Shown here: positions 53,927 through 63,716 of the stretch, in pieces
Position numbering within the stretch: the first letter of the stretch is position 1
How the letters are laid out: every line of letters begins with the position of its first letter
Assembly: GCA_031265875.1 (NCBI GenBank)
Contig: JAISCA010000004.1
Span: 6,031 to 70,030 of the forward strand
Source: Propionibacteriaceae bacterium
GTDB taxonomy: Bacteria; Actinomycetota; Actinomycetes; Propionibacteriales; Propionibacteriaceae
Direction: 5' to 3'
Length of the DNA stretch: 64,000 nt
Notes under the pieces: generated by a model
Databases searched by the model: none
The model's input: the letters and a program-made list of their open reading frames with translations, nothing else
Told to the model about the DNA's origin: nothing
Position numbers and translations under genes: made by a program

Positions 53927-55111
53927 TCACCAGTAGCCCAGCCAGCCGGGGCGAGCCGCCCGCAGCAAGGCCTCCAAATAGAAGTAATCGCCCCACAGGC
54001 TGGCCTCGTCCACACCGACCGACTTAGGTAGGTCGTAGACGCCGTGCAAGAGCAGAGCGTTCGATCGCGGCGCCGTCCGGTGGGAGTAGCCGGTCACCAG
54101 CGAACTGGTGATGGCGTCGGCCCGGCCGATCAGACCGGCGGCCTGGTCCAGCTGATGCGAGGACAGCTCACGCAACCCGCAGGCGGCGATGGCGGCGGCT
54201 GAGCTGTCCCTAGGCTGGCTCGAACCGTCGCCGAAGACGAGGTCCCAGTACGGCACCTGATCGCCCGGCAGATGGGCCAGGAAATAATCCAGGCAACGCC
54301 CGGCCGCCACCAAGAAGGAGTCGTCCCGGCTGTAGCGGAAATTGAGGGCGAAGCCCAAGACGCCCCAAGCTTGCCCCCGGGCCCAGCAGGAGTCGTCGGC
54401 GTGGCCTTGGGCGGTGGCGCCGCCCAAGGGCCGGCCGTCGGTCGGGTCCCAATAGAAGGTGTGGAAGGTGGAGCCGTCCGGTCGCACGATGTGATCGCGC
54501 AACTGGCTGGCGTGCCGGTGGGCGGCGGCGGCGTAGTCCGGCCGGCCGCTGGCCTGGGAGGCCCAGTAGAGCAGCGGCATGTTCATGAGCGAGTCGATGA
54601 TGGTCCGGCCCCGCTGGGCCGGGTCGGTCAGGTCGCCCCAGGCCTGGACCACACCGGCCGGCTGGCAGATCCGACCCATCAAACGGTCGGCGGCGGCTAG
54701 ACCCGCCGCGATGGCGGCTGGGTCGCCGGTCAGACGGGCGGCCGCCACACAGGACAGGGTGTAGAGGAAACCGAGGTCGTGGGTGTCGGTGTCCAGCCCG
54801 GCCTCGACCCGGCGGGTGAAATCGACCACGTCGGCCTCGGCCCCCTGGCGGAAGAAGTCGTCGCCGCTCCAGTCGTAAGCCAGCCAGCGCAAGCCGGTCC
54901 GGAAACCGGTCGTCCAGCCCCGGTTGGCCCCGGCGGCGAAACCAGCGCAAGCCGGGCGGGGCCGGTATAGGCCCTCGACCGTGGTGTCGTCCGGGAAGGC
55001 CGCCCCGAAGGCCTCGTCTTGGCGGCGCAGTTGGCTGACGGCCTGGTCGATGCTGACCGGCCAATCGGGGACGGACTGGCGCAGGTCGGGCGAGGTCACG
55101 GTCAATGCCAT
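53927..55111 (-). CDS. GH88 unsaturated glucuronyl hydrolase
   Basis: GAAGGA then ATG 55111 gives MALTVTSPDL.... TDTHDLGFLY, WARGQAWGVLGF and AAIAACGL are present. No signal peptide. The track ORF start at 55819 is trimmed. Confidence 0.82.
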   Translation of the reverse strand: MALTVTSPDLRQSVPDWPVSIDQAVSQLRRQDEAFGAAFPDDTTVEGLYRPRPACAGFAAGANRGWTTGFRTGLRWLAYDWSGDDFFRQGAEADVVDFTRRVEAGLDTDTHDLGFLYTLSCVAAARLTGDPAAIAAGLAAADRLMGRICQPAGVVQAWGDLTDPAQRGRTIIDSLMNMPLLYWASQASGRPDYAAAAHRHASQLRDHIVRPDGSTFHTFYWDPTDGRPLGGATAQGHADDSCWARGQAWGVLGFALNFRYSRDDSFLVAAGRCLDYFLAHLPGDQVPYWDLVFGDGSSQPRDSSAAAIAACGLRELSSHQLDQAAGLIGRADAITSSLVTGYSHRTAPRSNALLLHGVYDLPKSVGVDEASLWGDYFYLEALLRAARPGWLGYW

Positions 55112-55125
55112 AGGTCTTGGTTCCT

Positions 55126-55908
55126 TCAACGGGTCTGAGCTGATCCAGGGGACAGGGCCAGGCTGGCCCCACCGGGTCGGGGGACGACGGTACGAGTCCC
55201 AGCCGGGGATACGACTGGGACCGGCCCGGCCTGGTGGGTCTGTGGCAACCATGGTAGATCGGGTCTCAGACTGGTCAAACCCCGTCGGGCGCCAGCCCAG
55301 ACGATATACAAGACTGGAGCCGGCAAGGCCAAGGCGACCAGGACCGGGCGGACGGCGAAGAGACCGACCAGGAGGGTCAGAGCGGCCAGCGAGACCAGGC
55401 TGGAGGGCCAGCGCCGGACCGCCACCAGGAGAGCGGCTCGCAGGGCGTGACGGGCCTTCAAGCCGGGGTACTCGCTCCAGGCCACCAAGGCGTAGGGGAA
55501 GACCAGTCCGGCCAGGACCGTGACCACCGCCAGCGGGGGCAAGGTCAAAGCCCCCCACGGGCTGGTGGCGACGAACTGGGCGTCGACCACTAGGACGCCG
55601 CCCAGGCCCGCCCCGGCCAGACCGATCAGCAGAGTCGGGCGAGCCCGCCACCAAGCCTTGGCGAAGCCGCTCAAGACATTGGCCGAGCCGTCTAGCCAAA
55701 AGCCCCGGAAGACCGTGCAAGCGGCCGCCCCGGCCGGGGCCAAGAGCGGGCTGACTAGGACCAAGGCCAACCAGGACTGCCTCAGGTCGGTCGCCACCAG
55801 CAACGCCGTCACCGGCCAAGTCGTCAACAACAACATGAAGTCGACGCCCAGGATGACGTAACAGGTGCCGCTGATGGCCAGGAAGGCGGCGCCGAAACTG
55901 GAGCGCAT
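55126..55908 (-). CDS. DUF624 (YesL-like) membrane protein of sugar-ABC operons
   Basis: 260 aa polytopic hydrophobic protein with a typical position after the CUT1 permease genes. Confidence 0.6.
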   Translation of the reverse strand: MRSSFGAAFLAISGTCYVILGVDFMLLLTTWPVTALLVATDLRQSWLALVLVSPLLAPAGAAACTVFRGFWLDGSANVLSGFAKAWWRARPTLLIGLAGAGLGGVLVVDAQFVATSPWGALTLPPLAVVTVLAGLVFPYALVAWSEYPGLKARHALRAALLVAVRRWPSSLVSLAALTLLVGLFAVRPVLVALALPAPVLYIVWAGARRGLTSLRPDLPWLPQTHQAGPVPVVSPAGTRTVVPRPGGASLALSPGSAQTR

Positions 55909-55912
55909 CGGC

Positions 55913-56806
55913 TCAGCCCTTCATTCCAGAGGTCGCGATGCCTTCCACGAAGTAGCGTTGGCCGGCCATGAAGATGATCGCGATCGGCACCACCGATAGG
56001 ACCGATCCGGTCATGACGAGAGCGTATTGAGAGGCGTGCTGCGGGTCGGCGGTGAAGGTCTTGAGACCGAGCTGGATGGTGAAGAGGTCACGGTCGCGCA
56101 GGTAGATGCGCGGCCCCAGGTAGTCGTTCCAAGTCTTGACGAAGGTCAGCAGGGCGAGTGAGGCGATGGCTGGCACCGACAAGGGCAGCATGATGCGCCG
56201 GTAGATGCCGAATTCGCTCAGACCGTCGACCCGGGCGGCCTCGCTCAGTTCCTCCGGCACCGTCTCGTAGAACTGCTTCATCAAGAAGACGCCGAAGGCG
56301 CCGAAGGCTTGCAAGGCGATCATGGACCACAAGGTGTTGGTCAGACCGACCTTCGACAGCATGATGAACTGCGGCACCATGTAGGCCTGCCAGGGCACGG
56401 CGATGGTGGCGACGTAGCCGAGGAAGAGGGCGTTCCGGCCGGGGAAGCGGATGCGGGAGAAGCCGTAAGCGGCGAAGGAGCCGGTGAAGACCTGCAGGAA
56501 GGTCACCACGATCGACAGGATCATGGTGTTCTTGAGCCAGATCCCCATGTCGGCGTTGACCCAGATGTCGACGTAGTTGTGCCACTCGAAGATCTCTGGG
56601 ATCCAACGGATCGGCACTGTGAAGACGTCGTTGTCCTTCTTCAGCGAACTCATCAGCATCCAGAAGAAGGGCATCAAGAGGAAGGCGGCCGAGGCGATCA
56701 AGGTGGTGTAGAGAGCGCCCTTGCTGAGACGGTTCAGGCCTCTCGAGCGAGGCCGGCTGGTGACGCCGGAGGTGGGGATCCGCTCGGGGGTCAGGCGCGG
56801 GCTCAT
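55913..56806 (-). CDS. ABC sugar transporter permease (MalG-like)
   Basis: 297 aa. EAA loop SEAARVDGLSEFGIYRRIMLPLSVP. Confidence 0.88.
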   Translation of the reverse strand: MSPRLTPERIPTSGVTSRPRSRGLNRLSKGALYTTLIASAAFLLMPFFWMLMSSLKKDNDVFTVPIRWIPEIFEWHNYVDIWVNADMGIWLKNTMILSIVVTFLQVFTGSFAAYGFSRIRFPGRNALFLGYVATIAVPWQAYMVPQFIMLSKVGLTNTLWSMIALQAFGAFGVFLMKQFYETVPEELSEAARVDGLSEFGIYRRIMLPLSVPAIASLALLTFVKTWNDYLGPRIYLRDRDLFTIQLGLKTFTADPQHASQYALVMTGSVLSVVPIAIIFMAGQRYFVEGIATSGMKG

Positions 56807-57735
56807 CGTTCGCTCCTCCGGTTGATCAAGAACTGGAAGATGGTGATGGCCAGACAGATGACGAACAAGGAGACGGACACCGCCGAGGCGTAGCCGAACT
56901 GATTCTCGACGAAGGCCTTGTTGAAGATCATCTGCGACAGGACGTAAGTCGACTGGCCCGGGCCGCCGTCGGTCATGACCAAGATGAGGTCGAAGACCTT
57001 GAAGCTCTCGATCGACAGCATGACGGTGACGAAGAAGGTGGTCGGCCTCAGACAGGGCAGGGTGACGTTGCGGAAACGGCCCCAGGCCGAGGCTCCGTCG
57101 ACCCGGGCGGCCTCGTACAGCTCACGGGGGATGGCTTGGAGGCCGGCTAAGAACAGGATCATGTAATAGCCCATCTCGCGCCAGGTGGCCACGATGATGA
57201 TGGCCGGCATCGACCAGTTGGCCGAGACCGTCCAGCGCGGTGGGTTGTCGACTCCGACGAAGCTCAGGATCTGATTGATCGGCCCGTACTCCGGGCTGAA
57301 GAGCAGGTTCCAGACGATGGCGATGGCCACCACCGAGGTGATGTAGGGGAAGAAGGCGGCGGTGCGGAAGAAGGCCACGCCCTTGATCTTGCGGTTCAAC
57401 AAGAGGGACAGGCCCAAGGACACCGCCAGGGTCAGGGGCAGGTGGAAGACGGTGTAGTAAACCGTGTTCCACAGGGCCACCCGGTAGCTGCGGTCCTTGA
57501 ACAGGCGGGAGTAATTCTTCAGCCCCACCCAGTCGGCCGCGCCGAAGGCGTTCCAATTGGTGAAGGAGATGTAGAACAGGACCACGATCGGCACCAAGGT
57601 GAGCAGGGCGAAGCCTACGAAGTTGGGCAAGATGAAGGTCCAACCGCTGACCGTGTTACGCCGGCGTAAGCGGTTGCGACGACGCTTGGGGTCGGGTTCG
57701 ACGACTGGGGCGACGGGTTCGACGACTGTGGTCAA
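56803..57735 (-). CDS. ABC sugar transporter permease (MalF-like)
   Basis: 310 aa. AAGGAGG then a TTG start. EAA loop YEAARVDGASAWGRFRNVTLPCLRP. Confidence 0.88.
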   Translation of the reverse strand: MTTVVEPVAPVVEPDPKRRRNRLRRRNTVSGWTFILPNFVGFALLTLVPIVVLFYISFTNWNAFGAADWVGLKNYSRLFKDRSYRVALWNTVYYTVFHLPLTLAVSLGLSLLLNRKIKGVAFFRTAAFFPYITSVVAIAIVWNLLFSPEYGPINQILSFVGVDNPPRWTVSANWSMPAIIIVATWREMGYYMILFLAGLQAIPRELYEAARVDGASAWGRFRNVTLPCLRPTTFFVTVMLSIESFKVFDLILVMTDGGPGQSTYVLSQMIFNKAFVENQFGYASAVSVSLFVICLAITIFQFLINRRSER

Positions 57736-57781
57736 AGGTCACCTCCTTCGGAATGAATCGATGGGACGAGGGTTGGGCGGC

Positions 57782-57811
57782 GGTTGGGGGCGGCGGGCGC
57801 CGCCCCCAACC
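57782..57811 (-). other. 13-bp perfect GC-rich stem-loop between the binding-protein and permease genes
   Basis: GGTTGGGGGCGGC-GGGC-GCCGCCCCCAACC, lying between stop 57843 and start 57735. Confidence 0.6.
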
Positions 57812-57842
57812 GACTCAGATGGATGGACGGATCAGCCCGGGG

Positions 57843-59144
57843 CTAGATTCCGACCTCGTTGGCGACCCGGTCCTGAGCCTCCGCGATGGCGTCGTCGACG
57901 GATTGCGACTCCGACATGACGGCGGTGTGGGTGGCGCCCAGGATGGTTTGGATGGCGGCGATGTTCTCGCCCTGCGGGTTCTCCGGCTTGGTCTCATGAT
58001 TGCTCATGGCGTCGCGCGACAATTCGTCGGTCGGCAGGCCGGCCTGAGCGAAATAGGCGTCGGTGACGGCGTCGCCCGTGACCGAGGAGACGATGCCGAT
58101 CTCGGCCAGCGCGACGGCGGCTTGCTCGGAGGCGACGAAGGTCAGGAACTTCTTGGCCGCGTCCAGCTTGGCCGAATCGATCTTGGCGTTGATGCCCATG
58201 CCAGTCGGATCACCGAAGGTGACCGGCTTGGCGAAGGTCGAGCTGTTGTACTGCGGCACTGGCGCGATGCCCCACTTGAAGTCGTCGGCCTCGCCGCCCT
58301 TCTGCTGGGTGACCAGGGTGGCGACATACCAGGAGCCCATCGCCATCATGGCGGACTGCTGCTTGCCGAACTGGCCCTGATAGGTCAGCTTGTTGGTGGT
58401 GACGGTGCCGAAGGTGGGCTGAGCGCCATCGTTCTGCAGCGCCAGGACGCGCTCGTAGTAGGGCTTGAGGTAGTCGTACTTGCCGCTGAAGAGGTCAGCC
58501 CCCGGGGACTGAGCGTTGGCGAAGCCTTGCAGGGTGGACTGCCAAGAGTGCTCGTAGGCGCCGACGGCCTGAGAGCCGGCGGCCTTGAGCGCGGCGGTCA
58601 CGTCGCGGGCGGCCTTGGCGTAGTCGTCCCAGGTCCACTGGCCGTCCGGATAGGCCACGCCGGCGGCGTCGAACAGATCCTTGTTATAGAACAGAACCCA
58701 GGAGTCCTGCCGGTAAGGAGCGCCGTAGTTGACACCGTTGACGGCGTAAGAGCCGGCGCCGGAGACGTTGGCGGGCAGAGCCCTGACGACATCGGAGATG
58801 TCCAGCAGCTGGCCGCCGGTGGCCCAGGAATAGGTCACCTTGGCCTCTTTGATGGTGATGATGTCAGGAGCCTTGCCGGCCGACATGTCGACCTGGATCA
58901 GGGTCTGGTAATCGGCCGCGTCGTACTCGACGACTTCGACCTTGATATCGGAGTTGGCGGCGGTGAAAGCGTCGGCCAGGACCTGGAATTCCGGCGTGGT
59001 CTGCAGTGACCAGCCCGAGACAGTCAAGGTGATGGGGCCATCGCTAGGAGTGTCGCCTCCGTTGTTGTTGTTGCTGCAGCCGGACAGGGCCAGGGCGCCG
59101 CTGGCGACCACGGCTCCCGCTATGGTCAACAGACGTTTCTTCAT
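57843..59144 (-). CDS. ABC sugar transporter substrate-binding lipoprotein (CUT1)
   Basis: 433 aa. MKKRLLTIAGAVVASGALALSGCSNNNNG lipobox. GAGGAG SD. Confidence 0.88.
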   Translation of the reverse strand: MKKRLLTIAGAVVASGALALSGCSNNNNGGDTPSDGPITLTVSGWSLQTTPEFQVLADAFTAANSDIKVEVVEYDAADYQTLIQVDMSAGKAPDIITIKEAKVTYSWATGGQLLDISDVVRALPANVSGAGSYAVNGVNYGAPYRQDSWVLFYNKDLFDAAGVAYPDGQWTWDDYAKAARDVTAALKAAGSQAVGAYEHSWQSTLQGFANAQSPGADLFSGKYDYLKPYYERVLALQNDGAQPTFGTVTTNKLTYQGQFGKQQSAMMAMGSWYVATLVTQQKGGEADDFKWGIAPVPQYNSSTFAKPVTFGDPTGMGINAKIDSAKLDAAKKFLTFVASEQAAVALAEIGIVSSVTGDAVTDAYFAQAGLPTDELSRDAMSNHETKPENPQGENIAAIQTILGATHTAVMSESQSVDDAIAEAQDRVANEVGI

Positions 59145-59237
59145 TGATTTCTCCTCTGGGTGACGTCGGAACTTGAGGCTGGCTTCGTCTCAAGGGGCTG
59201 ATCTAGGGAGAGGACCCAGGTCAGTCGGATCGGTCAT

Positions 59238-61310
59238 CTAATCGATGAGGTCGGGCAGTTGCGAACGAGTGACACGGCCGTCGGGCCAGGTGACGACGAC
59301 GGTCGAGCCGAGTCCGTCGATCGAGACCGCAGCCAGTTTGGTCTCAGTCGACGGACACCCGGTCAGGCCGACCAGGGCGAAAACCCATTGGCCGGCTTGG
59401 ACCGGGAGATCAAGGGTGGGCGCCCAGGCCGGGTCGCCCAAGGGGCTGGCCTGCGGGCGGCGAGCGGCCTGGCCCACGGCCGGGGCGGTCAGAGCGACTA
59501 GGTCTGAGCGCAGGTCGGATCGGCGCAGAACGACGGCGCCGAGCGGATCGCTGGCCGAGCGGGCGACGGGGGCCGAGTCAGAGGCGCTAGTCGCTGCGTC
59601 AGAGGCGCTGGTCGCGGTGGCGAGCGTGACCGGATCTATCCGACCGACTTCGACTGCGGGACCGGTCAGAGGCCAGCCGCCCAGTCGCAGGCTGGAGGCG
59701 GGGTGATCGACCCGGTCGACCCGGACGCCCCGGATCTCCCAGGGACCGCGCAGGAGCGACAGGACGGTCAGTTGACCGGCCGGTTGGACCGCTCCGGTCC
59801 AACCCGAGCCGTGCCGGACCTGCTCGGGGGCGGGGTCGATCCAGTGGGCTTGGGCCTGGCTGGCCGACCAGACCAGGCCGTCGGCCTCGTCCAAGCCAGA
59901 CGCCAACCGTCGCCAACCGGCCCGGTGGCTGGCCCGGCCGGCTTGGTCGATCAGGCCGACCGACTGTTCCCGCGGCTCGATCCAAGCGGTCTCGTCGAGC
60001 AAGGGGGCGGTGGCGGTGGAGTAGCCCAGACGGGCGTACAAGGGCGAGTCGCCGACCTGATCGCCGGGGCGAGCGTGGTCCGAGCCATGGTTGGCGATCC
60101 GGACCAGGCCGTCGGCCACGGTGCCGGAGACGGCCCAACCGGGGGCCTCGATCAGGCGGACGAAGTCGCCCCGCTCGACCGGCAGCGGCTGTTCCAGACT
60201 GGTCCAGGCCGGATGGTCACCCGGCAAGGCCAGACCGAGCAAGCCTTTAGCCGCCCAGTAGGGCGAACCGGGACCGGAGTAGGACTGGGCTAAAGCGCGC
60301 CAGGGAGCGTGCCAGCCCATGGTCAACAGGCCGTCGGCGTCCGGCGCCCCATGGGCCACGAAGTGCGACACCACCCCGGAGGCGGCCCGCCGCAGCAGAC
60401 CGGGATCGCTCGAGGGGACCTCGGCTAGAGCCCCGACCCAGAAGGGGGCGGCGGCGGCGAAGCGATAGATCAAGGAGCGGCCTTGGAACAGCGGGCCGCC
60501 GTCGGCGCCGACCAGGTGGACGGCGTCCATCAGGTAGCGGTCGAGGCTGTCGCGGTAGCTCAAGCGGCGCTCGGGCGAGACCAGGTCGCCGGCTCCCCGC
60601 ATCCGCAGCCAGAGGGTCGGGTAGAGGTGGAGGGCCCAGCCCACGTAATGGTCGAAAGAGCGTTCCGGACCGTCCGCCAGCCAGCCGTCGGCGCGGGCGA
60701 AGGAGTCGTGCAGATCGAGGTCTGAGGCGATGTCGTCCGGGGACCAAGGGCCCTCGACGGAGCGCAGGAAGGTCTCGACCACGACCCGGAACCACAGCCA
60801 GTTGGTCTTGGGATAGGTCTCGTCGCCCACCGCCGGGGCCAACCAATCCACCACCCGCTGCTGGACCGCATCGTCCAAACGGTCCCAGATCCAAGGTCTG
60901 GTCCAGTCCAGGATGAGGGCGATGGAAGCGGCCTCGACCTTGGCCTGGGGATGCTCGGTCAGTCGCACCCAGCGGTCCGGGGCGCCCGGGTCCGAGCCGG
61001 CCCTGATGCCCTCGGCGTACCACTCGGCCAGGTTGTCGGGGTCGACGCCGGCTTGGCCGGCCAAGCGGAAGCCGGCCATCAAGAAGCTACGGGCGAAGCC
61101 CTCCAAACCATCGATGGCATGGCCGTAGCCGCCGGGACGGCCGGGTGGGGTGATACGGCCATGCCCGGGCGAGGCCCAGGGCCGCAGCGACAACAACAGA
61201 CGATCGGCCAAGTCGGCCCATTGGGACCTCCCCCAGCCGGTCCAGGGCGCGGTCGGATGGTCTGGCCAAGTCGGTCTGCCAGCGTCAGTTCCAACCACGG
61301 GGTGCTCCAC
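59238..61310 (-). CDS. DUF2264 family protein with a long C-terminal region
   Basis: 690 aa from GTG 61310, after GAAAGG. WASPGHGRITPPGRPGGYGHAIDGLEGFARSFLMAGFR is recalled as the DUF2264 N-terminal signature. No signal peptide. Confidence 0.7.
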   Translation of the reverse strand: MEHPVVGTDAGRPTWPDHPTAPWTGWGRSQWADLADRLLLSLRPWASPGHGRITPPGRPGGYGHAIDGLEGFARSFLMAGFRLAGQAGVDPDNLAEWYAEGIRAGSDPGAPDRWVRLTEHPQAKVEAASIALILDWTRPWIWDRLDDAVQQRVVDWLAPAVGDETYPKTNWLWFRVVVETFLRSVEGPWSPDDIASDLDLHDSFARADGWLADGPERSFDHYVGWALHLYPTLWLRMRGAGDLVSPERRLSYRDSLDRYLMDAVHLVGADGGPLFQGRSLIYRFAAAAPFWVGALAEVPSSDPGLLRRAASGVVSHFVAHGAPDADGLLTMGWHAPWRALAQSYSGPGSPYWAAKGLLGLALPGDHPAWTSLEQPLPVERGDFVRLIEAPGWAVSGTVADGLVRIANHGSDHARPGDQVGDSPLYARLGYSTATAPLLDETAWIEPREQSVGLIDQAGRASHRAGWRRLASGLDEADGLVWSASQAQAHWIDPAPEQVRHGSGWTGAVQPAGQLTVLSLLRGPWEIRGVRVDRVDHPASSLRLGGWPLTGPAVEVGRIDPVTLATATSASDAATSASDSAPVARSASDPLGAVVLRRSDLRSDLVALTAPAVGQAARRPQASPLGDPAWAPTLDLPVQAGQWVFALVGLTGCPSTETKLAAVSIDGLGSTVVVTWPDGRVTRSQLPDLID

Positions 61311-61351
61311 TATGAGCCTTTCGTCGGGTGTTCCGGCCGGGAAAGCTGCGC

Positions 61352-61369
61352 GATCATCTATGAATGATC
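61352..61369. promoter_or_regulatory. palindromic candidate operator GATCATCTATGAATGATC in the divergent DUF2264 / heparinase promoter region
   Basis: GATCAT-N6-ATGATC. Additional ATGATC/GATCAC half-sites lie at 61415-61420, 61425-61430 and 61438-61443. Confidence 0.55.
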
Positions 61370-61616
61370 ATAAACACACTCAATCACACAGAGTTGGTCT
61401 AGTCAACCACTCAAATGATCCGATATGATCACGATACGATCACGCTGGCTGTTACCGACCGGCCCGTACGGCGGCTAGGCGCCGCTAGGCCTGGGTCGTC
61501 CAGGTCGCGGCGCCGGCTCGTCGGCGTGCCGTCGCTGACCGGCCGGCGGCCAGTCGACCCGGCCGGCGCGGCGCCGGCCTCGACCGGACTGACCTCGACG
61601 TGGAGGAGGGAGCGAG

Positions 61617-63704
61617 ATGGCGGACGGTGGGACCGGCCCCTTGAGCCGGTTATGGCCGGGCCTGAGCGCAGCGGACTGGAGCCAGCTCCTGAAGAATGCC
61701 TCCCTGCCCTTGTCGCCGGGCCAAGACCGGGCCTATTGGCGGGCCATCGCCGCCCGCGGCGACCAGGTCACCTGGGCCGAGTTGTCGGCCCGGGCCGAGG
61801 CCGACCTCGGCCAGCCCTGGCCCGGAGCCTTGGCCCACGCCTGGGCCCGGTACCACCGCGACGGCGACCGGGAGGAGTACCAGACCGCTCTCTTCGCCCG
61901 CGTCGAGCGGCTCAGCCGGGCCGTCGTGATGGCGCTGACGACCGACCGGGCGGACTGGATCGACCAGGTGGCCGACGGGCTGATCCTGCTCTGCGAGCAG
62001 AGCAGTTGGTGCTGGCCGGCCCACGACGACGCCTACGCCCGCTCAGGCTCCGTCCTGCCTCAGGTCGACCGGCCTTTCCTCGACCTGGGGGCGGGCGAAG
62101 TGGTCAGCCAATTGGCCTGGATCGACCATCTGCTGGGAGCCCGGTTGGAGAAGGCCTATCCCGGTCTGCGCCGGCGCCTGCGCCAAGAGGCCGACCGGCG
62201 CGTCTTCCAACCCTTCTTGAACCGGTCGGACTGGCACTGGCTGGGCCAAGACCAGCCGGTCCACAATTGGAGCCCCTGGATCCAAGGCAACATCCTGACC
62301 GGGGCCCTGGTCCTGTGCCAATCGGACGAGCAGCTAGGCCAGGTCGCCGCCCGGGCCGTCCAAGGGCTCGACCGCTACCTGGCCGCCCTGCCCGACGACG
62401 GGGCCGTGGACGAGGGCTACGGCTACTGGTGGCAGGGGGCCTGCCGCCTGCTGGAGGCGCTCGACCTGATCGCTTGGGCTAGTCAAGGCCGCCTTAACGC
62501 TTTCGGTTTGGAGTCGGTGCGCCAGACCGTCGCCTTCCCCTATCGGATGCACCTGGGCGGACCTTGGCACGTCAACTACGCCGACGCCTCGGCCAAGCCC
62601 GTCGGACAACAGCCCTGGGCGGTGTTGGAACGTCTGGCCCAGCGGGTGGGCGACCAGGCGGCGATCGACCACGCCCGCGCCCAACTCACCCCGGGCCAGC
62701 CGGTGGCCGATCTGGCCGACGGCCTGGGCCGCTTCCTGCTGGCTTGGACCGACCCGGACTGGGGACTGGCCGGCGGCGTCTCGCCCCTGCCCCGGCAGTT
62801 CTTCCTGGCTTCGACCGAGGTCTTCCTGGCCCGCCAGGAGGCCGGCCTGACGGATGGCCTGACCGTCAGCGCCAAGGCTGGGCACAACGGTGAGAACCAC
62901 AACCACAACGACGTCGGTGGCGTCATCGTCGCCCTCGACGGCGTCCCTGTGCTGGTCGACGCCGGGCGCCCGACGTACACCGCCCAAACCTTCGGACCGG
63001 ACCGTTACGCCATCTGGACCATGGTCAGCGACTGGCACAACGTGCCACTGGTGGCCGGCCGTTCCCAACCGGTCGGCCGCCAGTGGGCCGCCAGCGACGT
63101 CCAGGCCGAACTGGGGGACGAAGTGGCCGAGTTCAGCTGCGACTTGGCCGGGGCCTACGACTGCCCCGACCTGGCCAGTTGGCGCCGCCTGGTCCGGCTG
63201 GAACGGGCCGGACCGGATTCCCGGGTCGTCATCGACGACCGCTGGCGCTGGACGACGCGGCCGGGTCCCGAGACGGTGGGTCTGGACGGCGCTGAGACGG
63301 GACCGGACAGCGGAGCCGCTGGTCCGGACGGCGCTGAGACGGGGTCAAACGGCGGCCCGATGGGACCGGACGGCGGCCCGACCGAGGCCCGCTTCCTGCT
63401 GGCCGGGTCGGTCCAGCCGGTCGCCCCCGGCCGGCTGCTGGTGACCGCCCTCAACGGTTCGCGCCTCAGCCTGGAGTGGAGCCCGGCCCAGGCCGTCGCC
63501 AGCCTGGAGCGGCGTCAGTTGGACGATCCCATGCTGACTGGGGTCTGGGGCGAGGCCCTGACCCGGCTGCGGCTCGATCTGACCGGATTGGCCGAGCCCC
63601 ACCTGACCGTGGTCTGCCGCCGAGCCTCAAACGATCAGGATCCGTGCAGAAACGTGCAAGAATCGACTTCGAGTGCGGCCCTACACCCAAGACAGTCGAA
63701 CTGA
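61617..63704 (+). CDS. heparinase II/III-like polysaccharide/oligosaccharide lyase family protein
   Basis: 695 aa. GGAGGGAG SD. KAGHNGENHNHNDVGGVIVALDGVPVLVDAG is a Hepar_II_III-type motif. No signal peptide. Confidence 0.78.
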   Translation: MADGGTGPLSRLWPGLSAADWSQLLKNASLPLSPGQDRAYWRAIAARGDQVTWAELSARAEADLGQPWPGALAHAWARYHRDGDREEYQTALFARVERLSRAVVMALTTDRADWIDQVADGLILLCEQSSWCWPAHDDAYARSGSVLPQVDRPFLDLGAGEVVSQLAWIDHLLGARLEKAYPGLRRRLRQEADRRVFQPFLNRSDWHWLGQDQPVHNWSPWIQGNILTGALVLCQSDEQLGQVAARAVQGLDRYLAALPDDGAVDEGYGYWWQGACRLLEALDLIAWASQGRLNAFGLESVRQTVAFPYRMHLGGPWHVNYADASAKPVGQQPWAVLERLAQRVGDQAAIDHARAQLTPGQPVADLADGLGRFLLAWTDPDWGLAGGVSPLPRQFFLASTEVFLARQEAGLTDGLTVSAKAGHNGENHNHNDVGGVIVALDGVPVLVDAGRPTYTAQTFGPDRYAIWTMVSDWHNVPLVAGRSQPVGRQWAASDVQAELGDEVAEFSCDLAGAYDCPDLASWRRLVRLERAGPDSRVVIDDRWRWTTRPGPETVGLDGAETGPDSGAAGPDGAETGSNGGPMGPDGGPTEARFLLAGSVQPVAPGRLLVTALNGSRLSLEWSPAQAVASLERRQLDDPMLTGVWGEALTRLRLDLTGLAEPHLTVVCRRASNDQDPCRNVQESTSSAALHPRQSN

Positions 63705-63716
63705 GAGGCACTGGCC

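Noticed and set aside
53927-55819. 630-aa ORF suggesting a much larger GH88 protein. Similar N-terminal over-extensions occur at 53062-54015, 50793-51893, 45127-46230, 43146-44972 and 24856-26055.
   Set aside because: The upstream portions overlap neighbouring genes in another frame and are compositionally biased. SD-preceded internal starts give proteins of canonical length.
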